Assembly: GCA_020721805.1 (NCBI GenBank) | Contig: DYMB01000007.1 | Coordinates: 30,307-94,306, forward strand | DNA length: 64,000 nucleotides | Direction of reading: 5' to 3' | Source of the DNA: Acetofilamentum sp. | Lineage (GTDB): Bacteria > Hydrothermota > 32-111 | Part shown: positions 48,454 to 58,189 of the stretch, piece by piece | How the letters are laid out: every line of letters starts with the position of its first letter | How positions within the stretch are numbered: position 1 is the stretch's first letter | The notes under the pieces: model-generated | Told to the model about the DNA's origin: nothing | What the model saw: the letters and a program-made list of their open reading frames with translations, nothing else | The model's database searches: none | Made by a program: the position numbers and the translations under genes

Positions 48454-49123
48454 TATATATAGAGTTGAGAATTTAAAAAAATCTTTTTCTATTAAAAATG
48501 AAAGGATAGATGTTTTAAAGGGTATCTCTTTTGATATAGAAGAGGGAAAGATAACTTTCATACTTGGTCCATCAGGTGCCGGAAAATCAACACTCCTGCA
48601 TATACTTGGAACACTTGATACTCCAACCGATGGAAAAATTTTTTTTAAAAATGTTGATCTTTTCTCTTTAAACGATAGGGAAAAATCAAAATTTAGAAAT
48701 CAAAAGATAGGTTTCATATTCCAATCACATTATCTTTTAAACGAATTTCTTGCGTATGAAAATGTTATGCTACCACATCTTTTTTTGACAAGCAATTTTC
48801 AACAAGCAAAAAGCAGATCTTTTGAGATTTTAAATTCTTTATCTCTTAAGGATAGAGCCTATCATAAACCCAACGAACTTTCAGGTGGAGAACAACAGAG
48901 GATAGCGATAGCAAGGGCATTGATAAACGATCCGGATCTTATTCTTGCTGATGAACCAACCGGAAATCTTGATTCAAAAAATTCTGAAAATGTTATGGAG
49001 ATTTTTAGAAAAATAAATTTAGAGAAAAATAAAACGATAATCATAATAACACATAACGAGGAACTCATCGGGTATGGTGATAGGGTTATAAAACTCATTG
49101 ATGGTCAGATCTATAATCTTTGA
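48446..49123 (+). CDS. lolD: lipoprotein-releasing ABC transporter ATP-binding protein
   Basis: Walker [10 protein letters not shown], signature LSGGEQQR and Walker B LILADEPT. Confidence 0.88.
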   Translation: MNSIYRVENLKKSFSIKNERIDVLKGISFDIEEGKITFILGPSGAGKSTLLHILGTLDTPTDGKIFFKNVDLFSLNDREKSKFRNQKIGFIFQSHYLLNEFLAYENVMLPHLFLTSNFQQAKSRSFEILNSLSLKDRAYHKPNELSGGEQQRIAIARALINDPDLILADEPTGNLDSKNSENVMEIFRKINLEKNKTIIIITHNEELIGYGDRVIKLIDGQIYNL

Positions 49124-50459
49124 TAATTTTTGTTTCAAGAAAAGAAAGAATTTTTTCCTTATCCGTTATCGAGTTTTCAACAGCATAATAGTTTCCCTCT
49201 TTTATCAATTTTCCTATCAAAGGTCCAGGTTTTAAATTAAACTTTTCAAGTATATCTCTGCCTCTGATAAAACTTATTTTTTTTCTTGAAATTTCTTTTT
49301 CAAAATTTTTTAACTTTCTATAAAATTTTATATAGGAACTATCGTATACACCTTCACTTGAAAGTTTATCTGCCATCGAGAGAATAAAAAGACCTTCAAG
49401 TTCGTGTCCCAGATCTTTCAAAATCTTAAACATTCCCTTTTTACCAAAAGTTTTTGAATGAACAAGATAATGGGGTCTCATATGATTCTTTATGAGTTTT
49501 TCGATCCTTTCCGTTTCATCGTTTGAAAGTTTCAGATCATTTTTCACTCTATCCCTTATGTATATTGAAGAAAGAACTTCATGGTTGAAAAAGGTCTGTT
49601 TTTTGTTTAAGAGTTTATAAGTTTCAGGTTTTTTTATATCATGGAAGAGGGCACTTAGATATATTTCAAAAAAATATTTTTTAAAATAATCTTTCCATTT
49701 TCTTGGAACATTTGATGAAATTATTCTGTTAACCGCTTCAACCGTGTTCAACAGATGTTTCATTAGATATTTCGATTTAAATTTTCTGTGAGGGAACTTT
49801 TTTGTTGTGGTTAATTCGGGAAATATTATTTCAAGTATTCTGTAATCGTTTAAATCTTTAAAAATTTTGAACCCTTCCTTACAGGAAAGAGTTCTTTTTA
49901 TCTCATATACTATTCTTTCTCCCGGAACATTTTTCAAAAGATTTTTATTAGTTAAAATCTGATTTTTAAGATTTTTTGAAAACTTAAAATCAAGTTGATA
50001 CTTGAATCTGAAAGCTCTTAAAATTCTTAAAGGATCGTCGACAAAAGAGTTTTCGTTTGTTGTTCTTATTATCCTTTTATACAGATCTTTTGAAAAATTG
50101 AAAGGGTCAAAAAGTTTACCGTTACTATCTAATGCTATACAGTTTATGGTAAAATCTCTCCTTTTTAAATCTTCTAAAATGTTTTCCGAAAAGGTTAAAT
50201 CTATCTGTATTTTTTTTACGATGAATCTTAAAGTGTTAAACCTATCGTTTACCAGAACAGGTTTTAAATTTTTTGAAAAGAAAAAATTTTTTTGGTTTTT
50301 TGAAATCACTACTATATCAACATCAAAAAAATCTTTTTTCCCAAGTAAAATATCTCTAACCATACCTCCAACAAAATAGTATTGATGATCCTTAAAATTT
50401 TTAAGAAAAATTTTTATTCTTGAAGGATAATTAAAAATATCAGTAGTAGATTTCGTCAT
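49095..50459 (-). CDS. cca: CCA-adding tRNA nucleotidyltransferase / poly(A) polymerase family with HD domain
   Basis: Nucleotidyltransferase head [13 protein letters not shown]...DVDIV and [13 protein letters not shown] region LFHDIKKP. Confidence 0.8.
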   Translation of the reverse strand: MTKSTTDIFNYPSRIKIFLKNFKDHQYYFVGGMVRDILLGKKDFFDVDIVVISKNQKNFFFSKNLKPVLVNDRFNTLRFIVKKIQIDLTFSENILEDLKRRDFTINCIALDSNGKLFDPFNFSKDLYKRIIRTTNENSFVDDPLRILRAFRFKYQLDFKFSKNLKNQILTNKNLLKNVPGERIVYEIKRTLSCKEGFKIFKDLNDYRILEIIFPELTTTKKFPHRKFKSKYLMKHLLNTVEAVNRIISSNVPRKWKDYFKKYFFEIYLSALFHDIKKPETYKLLNKKQTFFNHEVLSSIYIRDRVKNDLKLSNDETERIEKLIKNHMRPHYLVHSKTFGKKGMFKILKDLGHELEGLFILSMADKLSSEGVYDSSYIKFYRKLKNFEKEISRKKISFIRGRDILEKFNLKPGPLIGKLIKEGNYYAVENSITDKEKILSFLETKIIKDYRSDHQ

Positions 50460-50817
50460 ATTTTTCTTTTAAAATTTCAAATATTTCATCTTTGGTGAAT
50501 GAAAACTCTTTTGTTCTCAAGAGGTATTCTTCTGTGAGTTTCGCTAAAAAGTTTTTTCTTTCCTCATCTTTTGGTTTAGTGAATTCAACTATAATGCTAC
50601 CTCTTCTTCCATCAAGTTTCAAATAGCCTTCAACTTCAAGTTCATAATAAGCCCTTGCAACAGTGTTTATGGATACGCCGAGTATTTTCGATAAAGTTCT
50701 TATACTCAAAATCTTTGAACCTTTAGAAATCTCTCCGGATATTATTATTCCCTTCAATTGATTTTTTATCTGTTGATAAACAGGTATAGGTGATTCCGTA
50801 TCTATTATTATGTTCAT
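50440..50817 (-). CDS. GntR-family (YtrA-like short form) transcriptional regulator
   Basis: PIYQQIKNQLKGIIISGEISKGSKILSIRTLSKILGVSINTVARAYYELEVEGYL winged-HTH. Only 125 aa. 20-nt overlap with cca. Confidence 0.85.
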   Translation of the reverse strand: MNIIIDTESPIPVYQQIKNQLKGIIISGEISKGSKILSIRTLSKILGVSINTVARAYYELEVEGYLKLDGRRGSIIVEFTKPKDEERKNFLAKLTEEYLLRTKEFSFTKDEIFEILKEKYDEIYY

Positions 50818-50837
50818 ATGACCCCCATTTTGTATAC

Positions 50838-50866
50838 ATTATAAACACAAAAAAATTTTTTTTCAA
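50838..50866 (-). promoter_or_regulatory. sigma70-type promoter of the GntR-cca pair (TTGAAA-17-TATAAT), with adjacent palindrome TGTATACA (50831-50838)
   Basis: The minus strand reads TTGAAA aaaaatttttttgtgtt TATAAT gtatacaaaatGGGGGtcatATG. The 8-bp palindrome shares 1 nt with the -10 box and extends over the nucleotides just downstream of it. Confidence 0.5.
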
Positions 50867-50892
50867 TCTTTATTTATTTATAAATCTTTATA

Positions 50893-50920
50893 TTGACTTT
50901 TAAATCACATTGAATATAAT
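50893..50920 (+). promoter_or_regulatory. sigma70-type promoter, predicted leaderless start at ATG 50927 (TTGACT-16-TATAAT-6-ATG)
   Basis: TTGACT at 50893-50898 and TATAAT at 50915-50920. CTTTTG follows, then the ATG. No Shine-Dalgarno. Confidence 0.55.
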
Positions 50921-50926
50921 CTTTTG

Positions 50927-51604
50927 ATGAAATTTATAATCGCTATTGATGGTCCAGCAGCAAGTGGAAAGACTACAACAGCGAAAAATGTTGCGAAGAA
51001 GTTGAAAATTCTATATCTTGATACTGGAGCGATGTATCGTGCATTTGCTTATTTTGTTCTTTCAAATAATATAAATTTAGAAGATGAAAAAAAAATAGAT
51101 GGGATGATAAAACAGGTAAGGATAGATTTTAAAAATATCAATGGTGAGATAAGGATTTTTCTTAACGGAGAGGATGTTAGCGATAAGATAAGAAACGAAA
51201 AGATATCACAGGCAGCATCGAAAATTTCAACCTTACCTGTGGTCAGAGATCATCTTGTGAAACTCCAGAGAGAACTTGGAAAAAAATATTCTCTTGTTGC
51301 AGAGGGAAGAGATATCGGGACGGTTGTCTTTCCAAAAGCAGATTTGAAATTTTTTTTTGAATGTTCTGTTGATGAAAGAGCAAAAAGAAGATATAAAGAG
51401 TATCTCGAAAAGAATATTACAGGTATAGATTTAGAAAGTCTAAAAAAAGAAATAATAGAAAGAGATGATAGAGACAGGAATAGACTGATTGCACCTTTGA
51501 GAATGGCTGATGATGCCATTCTGATAGATACTACCAATCTGACCAAGGAGGAACAGATAGATCTTGTTATCAAAGAGGCGAAGAAGTTCAAGGATCGCTT
51601 ATAA
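50927..51604 (+). CDS. cmk: cytidylate kinase
   Basis: IAIDGPAASGKTT P-loop, LDTGAMYR and GRDIGTVVFP. Confidence 0.93.
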   Translation: MKFIIAIDGPAASGKTTTAKNVAKKLKILYLDTGAMYRAFAYFVLSNNINLEDEKKIDGMIKQVRIDFKNINGEIRIFLNGEDVSDKIRNEKISQAASKISTLPVVRDHLVKLQRELGKKYSLVAEGRDIGTVVFPKADLKFFFECSVDERAKRRYKEYLEKNITGIDLESLKKEIIERDDRDRNRLIAPLRMADDAILIDTTNLTKEEQIDLVIKEAKKFKDRL

Positions 51605-52214
51605 TTTCATATATTTTCTTGTAAATTTTTATTATTACTTTTTTCTTGGAGTAAAAGTAAAAGGAAAGATCGGATTAAGGGATAGTAAACTTATCCTCGT
51701 TGCGAATCACAGATCCTTTAACGATCCACCTCTGGTTGGAACTTTCGCTTATTCTTTCAGGAGATCTTTTGATGTTTACATTCTCGCAAAAAAAGAACTC
51801 TTTAACATCAATCCCCTTTTTACAAGGATTTTGAACATTCTACATGCTATACCACTTGATAGAACAGGTATGGATATTTATGCCATGAAAAAAGCTCTTG
51901 ATGCTCTTGAAAATAAAAATTATCTTGTCATTTTTCCAGAAGGTTCAAGGAACAAAACCGATACACTTCTTGAAGGAAAGAGCGGGGTTGGATATTTAGC
52001 TTTAAAAAGTAAAGCAAAGGTTATACCCATCTTTTTGAAAAATACTGAAAAACCTTTAATAAGACAGATTTTAAGATTGGATAGAATAGAGTTGAGGGTG
52101 GGTGATCCAATTGAATTACCAGATTTACCTGCAAACTCAAAGAATGCAAAATTGGTTACTAAAATAATAATGGATCGGATAGAAAAGTTATCTTATGAAA
52201 ATTATAGTTGCTAA
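51564..52214 (+). CDS. plsC: 1-acyl-sn-glycerol-3-phosphate acyltransferase
   Basis: NHRSFNDP (HX4D) and FPEGSRN motifs. The TTG start at 51564 is uncertain. Confidence 0.83.
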   Translation: MLSKRRRSSRIAYNFIYFLVNFYYYFFLGVKVKGKIGLRDSKLILVANHRSFNDPPLVGTFAYSFRRSFDVYILAKKELFNINPLFTRILNILHAIPLDRTGMDIYAMKKALDALENKNYLVIFPEGSRNKTDTLLEGKSGVGYLALKSKAKVIPIFLKNTEKPLIRQILRLDRIELRVGDPIELPDLPANSKNAKLVTKIIMDRIEKLSYENYSC

Positions 52215-53079
52215 AAATTCAGGTTTCTGCTTTGGTGTAAAAAGAGCTATGAATATTGTAAAAGAAGTGAAAAACAATTATTCCGATAAAAATATTTTTA
52301 CACTTGGTCCAATAATACACAATCCACAGGTAGTTAACAGTTTGGTAGAAGAGAAGGTTTTTCCTGTAGAGGATTTAAAGAGTCTGAAAAAAGATGATGT
52401 TTTGATTTTGAGGACGCATGGGATCGAAAAGGAAATGTTATCAACTATCAAAAAGAAAAGAATAAAATATATAGATGCGACCTGCCCCTTTGTATCGAAT
52501 GCTCATAAATATGTTAAAATGCTTTATAGAAAAGGTTATCAGGTTATCATTTTTGGAGAAAAGAATCATCCTGAAATTCTTTCAATAAACAGTCAGATAG
52601 ATCGAAAAGGAATAGTGATTGAAGATAAAGACCAGATCAAAGATCTTATCGGTTTAAAAAATAAAAAAATTGGAATAATCTCCCAGACAACACAGTCAAT
52701 TGAAAAATATAAAGAGATAGTAACAAGCCTTATGGATCTTTTTAAAGAGATATATGTGATTAACACCATATGCAATGCAACATCTCTAAGACAGAATTCT
52801 GCGCTCGCACTTGCAAAAAAAGTAGATCTGATGCTTGTTGTTGGTGGAAAAAATAGTGGTAACACGAAACGGTTGTTTCAGATATGCTCCGAATTAAACG
52901 AAAAAACATACCATATAGAAACAGCGAATGAAATCGATGATTTTAAAGATAAAATTTTAACCAACGAGGTTATAGGGATCGTTGCTGGGGCATCAACACC
53001 AAATTGGATAATAAAAGATGTGATAGAGAAATTAAAAAAAATAGATAAGGAGGAAAATAAAAATGGACGAAAAAATTAA
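52195..53079 (+). CDS. ispH: 4-hydroxy-3-methylbut-2-enyl diphosphate reductase
   Basis: GFCFGVKRA, ATCPFV, NTICNAT (three cluster cysteines) and VVGGKNSGNT. Confidence 0.93.
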   Translation: MKIIVAKNSGFCFGVKRAMNIVKEVKNNYSDKNIFTLGPIIHNPQVVNSLVEEKVFPVEDLKSLKKDDVLILRTHGIEKEMLSTIKKKRIKYIDATCPFVSNAHKYVKMLYRKGYQVIIFGEKNHPEILSINSQIDRKGIVIEDKDQIKDLIGLKNKKIGIISQTTQSIEKYKEIVTSLMDLFKEIYVINTICNATSLRQNSALALAKKVDLMLVVGGKNSGNTKRLFQICSELNEKTYHIETANEIDDFKDKILTNEVIGIVAGASTPNWIIKDVIEKLKKIDKEENKNGRKN

Positions 53080-54673
53080 AGAATCTCTTCAAATCAAAGA
53101 TTGTAATATGAATCAGGAAGAGTTGAAAAAACTTTATGAAAACTCTTTTAAAAGTTACGATCTTGATATAATTTCAAAGAAGGAAGAGGATGAGAGTTCA
53201 AGACTTGTCAACGGAAGGATTGTAAGAATTACCGATAAGGATGTTATAGTTGAAGTTGGTTTAAAATCGGAAGGGATCATCCCTCTTTCAGATTTCAGTG
53301 AACCAGAAAATGCTAAAGTTGGAGATGTTGTTTCAGTTTATCTGGAGGGTTTTGAGAATGAGGATGGTTTTGCGGATATATCTTTAAAAAAAGCTCAGTT
53401 TATAAATGTTTGGCCAAAGATCAACGATTCGTATGAGAATGGAACAAACATTACAGGAATCATCAAAAAACAGGTTAAAGGTGGAATGATAGTCGACCTT
53501 ATGGGAGTTGAAGCCTTTTTGCCTGGTTCCCAGATAGATCTACAACCTGTTGAGGATATGAACTCTCTGATAGGATTAAAAACTGAATTTAAAGTTATTA
53601 AATTGAATTATAAAAGAAGGAACATAGTTGTTTCAAGAAGACAGATTCTGGAAAACGAAAAGGAAAATAAGAAATTTGAATTTTTAAACAACCTGAAAGT
53701 TGGTGATATTGTTGAAGGTGTTGTTAAAAACATAACAGATTTTGGTGCTTTTATAGAGATAGATAAAGGTATCGATGGATTACTCTATATAACCGATATG
53801 TCATGGGGTAGAATAGTTCATCCTTCCGAGATGTTGAGTTTAAATGAAAAAGTAAAAGTTGTTATCACTGCAATAAACAAGGAAAAGGGAAGGATATCGC
53901 TCGGTATGAAACAGTTGACACCATACCCATGGGAAAATATTGAACAAAAGTTTCCAATAGGAAGCAGAGTCAAAGGAAAGGTGGTTTCCATAGAAGATTA
54001 TGGTGCTTTTGTTGAACTTGAAAAAGGTGTTGAAGGTTTGATACATATCTCTGAAATGTCATGGACACAGAATGTTAAAAAACCACAGGAGATTATGAAT
54101 GTTGGAGATGTTGTTGAATCTATAGTTTTAAGTATTGATAAAAAGAATGAAAGAATTTCTCTTGGCTTAAAACAGTTGAGCGATAATCCCTATGATAATA
54201 TAAATGTTGGTCAGAGAATAAAAGGTAAAATAACAAAAATTCAAAAATTTGGAGCTTTTGTTGAAATAGCACCTGGTATAGAAGGATTGCTTCATATTTC
54301 AAATATTTCCTGGGATAACAAAATTTCTAAAATAGAGGATCTTTTTAAAGTTGGTGATGTTGTTGAATGTCTTGTTATAAACATAGATAATAAAAAGAAA
54401 AGAATTTCTTTGGGTATCAAACAACTACAAAAGGATCCGATAGAACATTATAGCGAAGGGGATGTTGTTAAAGGAAAAGTCGTGGAAATAAAAGAGAAGA
54501 GTATATACATTTATGTTGAGGATGGAATTAAAGGTTTAATACCCCAGAGGTTGATCGCAAAACAATCTGATAATCTTACAAACGAATATAAAACTGATAT
54601 GGAACTTGAATTAAAAATTGTTGATATCGATAGGGATAAAAGAAGAATAATTTTCACAGATAGAGTAGAGTAG
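53063..54673 (+). CDS. rpsA: 30S ribosomal protein S1 (six S1 domains)
   Basis: Repeated S1 units (G.IV.G.V....FGAFVE...G.EGL.HISE.SW). AGGAGG lies 9 nt upstream of the ATG. Confidence 0.93.
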   Translation: MDEKIKESLQIKDCNMNQEELKKLYENSFKSYDLDIISKKEEDESSRLVNGRIVRITDKDVIVEVGLKSEGIIPLSDFSEPENAKVGDVVSVYLEGFENEDGFADISLKKAQFINVWPKINDSYENGTNITGIIKKQVKGGMIVDLMGVEAFLPGSQIDLQPVEDMNSLIGLKTEFKVIKLNYKRRNIVVSRRQILENEKENKKFEFLNNLKVGDIVEGVVKNITDFGAFIEIDKGIDGLLYITDMSWGRIVHPSEMLSLNEKVKVVITAINKEKGRISLGMKQLTPYPWENIEQKFPIGSRVKGKVVSIEDYGAFVELEKGVEGLIHISEMSWTQNVKKPQEIMNVGDVVESIVLSIDKKNERISLGLKQLSDNPYDNINVGQRIKGKITKIQKFGAFVEIAPGIEGLLHISNISWDNKISKIEDLFKVGDVVECLVINIDNKKKRISLGIKQLQKDPIEHYSEGDVVKGKVVEIKEKSIYIYVEDGIKGLIPQRLIAKQSDNLTNEYKTDMELELKIVDIDRDKRRIIFTDRVE

Positions 54674-54679
54674 GCTTTT

Positions 54680-56446
54680 ATGAAGAATAAAAATATTTTT
54701 CCAAAATATATAGTCGTGACAGGCGGTGTGATAAGCGGAGTTGGAAAAGGTATCGCTACAGCATCGATCGGTATGATACTTAAAAATTATGGTTATACTG
54801 TTACAACTATAAAGATAGATCCCTATATAAACTTTGATGCAGGGACTTTAAGGCCAACGGAACATGGTGAAGTATGGGTCACCGATGATGGTGGAGAAAT
54901 AGATCAGGATCTTGGAAATTATGAAAGGTTTCTAAATCAACATTTCAGTAAAAAAAATAATATTACAACCGGGCAGATCTACTCAAAAGTCATCGAGAAT
55001 GAAAGGGATGGAAAATTTTTAGGACAGACCGTTCAACTGATACCCCATATTTCAGATGAGATCAAAAGAAGGATAAAAGAAGTTGGGAAAAATTATGAAT
55101 TCGTATTGATAGAAATCGGTGGAACGATAGGGGATTATGAGAATATCCCCTATCTTTTTGCCGTTAAATCTCTTGAAAGAGAGATAGGTGAAGAAAGGGT
55201 AACATATGTTTTGATAACCTATCTTCCCACTCCCAGACATATTGGAGAGATGAAAACAAAACCGACGCAACAGGCTATAAAACTTCTTTCCGAACATGGG
55301 ATATTTCCCAATTTTATCTTATGCAGAGCAAAAGAACCACTCGATAGTGTAAGAAAAAAGAAAATTGAGATATATGCCAACATAGACTCAGAACATGTTA
55401 TTTCGGCTCCGGATATCGATACACTTTACAGGGTCCCACTCAATTTTGAAAAGGATAATCTTGGAAAGAAAATTTTAAAAGAGTTTTTTCTAAAACCAAA
55501 AAAGAAGGCTGATTGGAGTTTTCTTGAGAAGAGTGTAAAAATAATTGAGAATCCCAAAAATTATTTAACTGTTGCTATGGTTGGGAAATATATAGATATT
55601 GGTGAATTCTCTTTAAAGGATTCTTACATTTCTGTTTCACAGGCACTTGAACATGCTGGAGTAAAAAATAATTGTGGTGTAAAAATAGACTGGCTCTCAG
55701 CCCAAGATATAGAAAAAGGAATAATAGGTGAAAAAGAATTAAAAAAATATGATGGTATCATAGTTCCCGGTGGGTTTGGTAAAGAAGGTGTTGAAGGAAA
55801 ATTAAAGGTTATAAGATATTCAAGGGAAAACAATGTTCCATTTCTTGGTTTATGTTTTGGATTGCAACTCGCCATAGTTGAATTTGCAAGGAATGTTTGT
55901 AAACTCAAAAATGCCAATTCTGTTGAAATAGATCCTCAAACAGAATATCCTGTTATCAATTTTATTGAAAACCAGAGAAAATTTATTAAAGAATCAAGAT
56001 ATGGTGGAACGATGAGACTCGGTGTTTATGCCGCACATCTTTTTGAAGAGAGTCTCGTTTATAGATTGTATAGGGAATTGAACAGAATAGAGGAGGACAA
56101 AAAGATTATAGAAGAGTTAAAAAAGGATAAGGATAACTCTTTTAGACTTGGATACCTTGAGAAAGATAAACCTATAATAGTGGAAAGACACAGGCATAGA
56201 TATGAGGTGAATAACGATTTTGTAAAGTTAATTCAGGATAATGGTCTCTATTTTTCAGGTTATCACAATATAAATGAAAATGAAAGACTGATGGAATTCA
56301 TTGAAATAAAAAAGCATAGATTTTTTGTGGCAACTCAAGCACATCCAGAATTTCGTTCAACAATATTTTCTCCAGCGCCACTCTTCTATGGATTTATAAA
56401 AGCATCTTTGAAGTTTAAACTTGACAGATTAAAAAATGTTATATAA
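54680..56446 (+). CDS. pyrG: CTP synthase (588 aa, with a charged insertion of about 34 aa in the glutaminase domain)
   Basis: VTGGVISGVGKG, GLCFGLQ nucleophile elbow, ERHRHRYEVN and HPEF. Confidence 0.96.
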   Translation: MKNKNIFPKYIVVTGGVISGVGKGIATASIGMILKNYGYTVTTIKIDPYINFDAGTLRPTEHGEVWVTDDGGEIDQDLGNYERFLNQHFSKKNNITTGQIYSKVIENERDGKFLGQTVQLIPHISDEIKRRIKEVGKNYEFVLIEIGGTIGDYENIPYLFAVKSLEREIGEERVTYVLITYLPTPRHIGEMKTKPTQQAIKLLSEHGIFPNFILCRAKEPLDSVRKKKIEIYANIDSEHVISAPDIDTLYRVPLNFEKDNLGKKILKEFFLKPKKKADWSFLEKSVKIIENPKNYLTVAMVGKYIDIGEFSLKDSYISVSQALEHAGVKNNCGVKIDWLSAQDIEKGIIGEKELKKYDGIIVPGGFGKEGVEGKLKVIRYSRENNVPFLGLCFGLQLAIVEFARNVCKLKNANSVEIDPQTEYPVINFIENQRKFIKESRYGGTMRLGVYAAHLFEESLVYRLYRELNRIEEDKKIIEELKKDKDNSFRLGYLEKDKPIIVERHRHRYEVNNDFVKLIQDNGLYFSGYHNINENERLMEFIEIKKHRFFVATQAHPEFRSTIFSPAPLFYGFIKASLKFKLDRLKNVI

Positions 56447-56449
56447 ACT
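56421..56449 (+). promoter_or_regulatory. sigma70-type promoter, predicted leaderless start at ATG 56458 (TTGACA-17-TAAACT-8-ATG)
   Basis: TTGACA at 56421-56426 lies inside the pyrG 3' end. TAAACT at 56444-56449 overlaps the pyrG stop. AAATTATT follows, then the ATG. No Shine-Dalgarno. Confidence 0.45.
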
Positions 56450-56457
56450 AAATTATT

Positions 56458-58188
56458 ATGGCAGAGAAAATCGGTGAACTTTTAATCAATTCCGGTTTGA
56501 TAGATAGTCATCAGTTGAACGAAGCGTTGAGGATTCAAAAAAATACAAACAAAAAACTTGGAACGATTCTTGTTGAACTTGGTTATGTATCTGAAAATAA
56601 ATTAGTAGAATTTCTTTCAAAACAGTATAAGACACAGTCAGTAAAACTTGATGAGATAGAAGTTGATCAAACTTTACTTCAGGTGATACCAGCAAAACTC
56701 GCAAAACAGTATATAGTTTTTCCTGTAAGGAGAGAGGGAAAAAATCTCTATCTTGCGATGTCAAATCCTGCGGATGTTTTTGTCGTTGAAGATTTAAAAT
56801 TCACAACGGCACATAACATAATTCCTCTGATCTCTTCAGAAAAAAAGATACTTGAATTTATAGATAAATATTATAAACAGGACGATAATTTGGAAATAGA
56901 TCTGGAAGAAGATAATGAAATAAATTTGGATGATATAGTTGATGAGAACATAGAGGTTATTAAAAAGGATGAGAATGAAAAGGCTGATGAGGTTGTAAGT
57001 GATCTTGCAGCAAGCGTTGATAGTGGACCAATAGTTAAAATAGTTAACAACCTTATAACCAAAGCGGTTGAAGAAGGTTCATCCGATATACATATAGAAC
57101 CTTACGATCAATCTTTAAGGATAAGGTATAGAATAGATGGAGTGTTGAGACCGATAGATAATCCACCAAAATGGACATTCAGAAAATCTATCGTTTCAAG
57201 GATAAAAGTTATGGCACATATGAAACTACAGGAAGCAAGGTTGCCACAGGATGGAAGAATAAAAGTTAAGGTGCATGGAAAACCTATAGATATCCGAGTG
57301 GCAACGATTCCAACGATGTACGGTGAAAAGGTTGCAATGAGAATTCTTGATAGGGAAAAGGTTGAATTTGAGTTTGATAAACTTGGTTTCGATCCGGATC
57401 TTGAAAAAAAGTTGATAAAATCTTTAAGAAATCCAGTTGGTATAATTTTGATAACGGGTCCAACAGGTTCAGGTAAAACAACCACTCTCTATACCTGTCT
57501 TTCAAAGATAAATAGTCCTGAAATAAATATCACAACAGCGGAAGATCCAGTTGAGTTTTCTCTTGATGGGGTAAATCAACTTCAGGTTCAAGAATCTGTT
57601 GGATTAACCTTTGCATCAGCCTTAAGAGCTTATTTAAGGCAGGACCCGAATGTTATAATGGTTGGAGAAATAAGAGATAAGGAAACAGCAGAGATAGCCA
57701 TAAGGGCATCTTTAACAGGACACCTCGTTTTATCTTCGGTTCATACAAATTCAACTGCCGGAACCATAACGAGATTGATAAATATGGGTGTTGAACCTTT
57801 TTTAATCTCTTCAACCGTTAACTGCATAGTATCCCAGAGACTTTTAAGGAGAATATGTGATAACTGTAAGGTTCCGCATAAAATTTCAGAAGAAGAATTG
57901 AAACATCTTGGCTTTACTCCAGAAGAGATCGGTGGAGCACAACTTTATAAAGGAATGGGCTGTGAAAAGTGTGGGGGAACAGGATATAAAGGTATGGTTG
58001 GTATATTTGAAGTGATGGATATTACGCCAGAAATAAGGAAAGCCATTATGAAAAAGATGACCACCGATGATCTTGAAAAAGTGGCTGTTCAAAATGGACT
58101 AATTACAATGAGGGAAGTCGCTTTAAGAAAAATGAAACAGGGAATAACGGATGTTCTTGAAGTTGTCAAAGAAACGGCGTTGAGGTAA
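56458..58188 (+). CDS. pilB: type IV pilus assembly / GspE-family secretion ATPase, copy 1
   Basis: N-terminal T2SSE_N-type domain (LINSGLIDSHQLNEAL...LGYVSENKLVEFLSKQY). Walker A GPTGSGKTTT, GEIRD, a His box HLVLSSVHTN, and tetracysteine CDNCK...CEKCGGTGYKG. Confidence 0.88.
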   Translation: MAEKIGELLINSGLIDSHQLNEALRIQKNTNKKLGTILVELGYVSENKLVEFLSKQYKTQSVKLDEIEVDQTLLQVIPAKLAKQYIVFPVRREGKNLYLAMSNPADVFVVEDLKFTTAHNIIPLISSEKKILEFIDKYYKQDDNLEIDLEEDNEINLDDIVDENIEVIKKDENEKADEVVSDLAASVDSGPIVKIVNNLITKAVEEGSSDIHIEPYDQSLRIRYRIDGVLRPIDNPPKWTFRKSIVSRIKVMAHMKLQEARLPQDGRIKVKVHGKPIDIRVATIPTMYGEKVAMRILDREKVEFEFDKLGFDPDLEKKLIKSLRNPVGIILITGPTGSGKTTTLYTCLSKINSPEINITTAEDPVEFSLDGVNQLQVQESVGLTFASALRAYLRQDPNVIMVGEIRDKETAEIAIRASLTGHLVLSSVHTNSTAGTITRLINMGVEPFLISSTVNCIVSQRLLRRICDNCKVPHKISEEELKHLGFTPEEIGGAQLYKGMGCEKCGGTGYKGMVGIFEVMDITPEIRKAIMKKMTTDDLEKVAVQNGLITMREVALRKMKQGITDVLEVVKETALR

Positions 58189-58189
58189 T

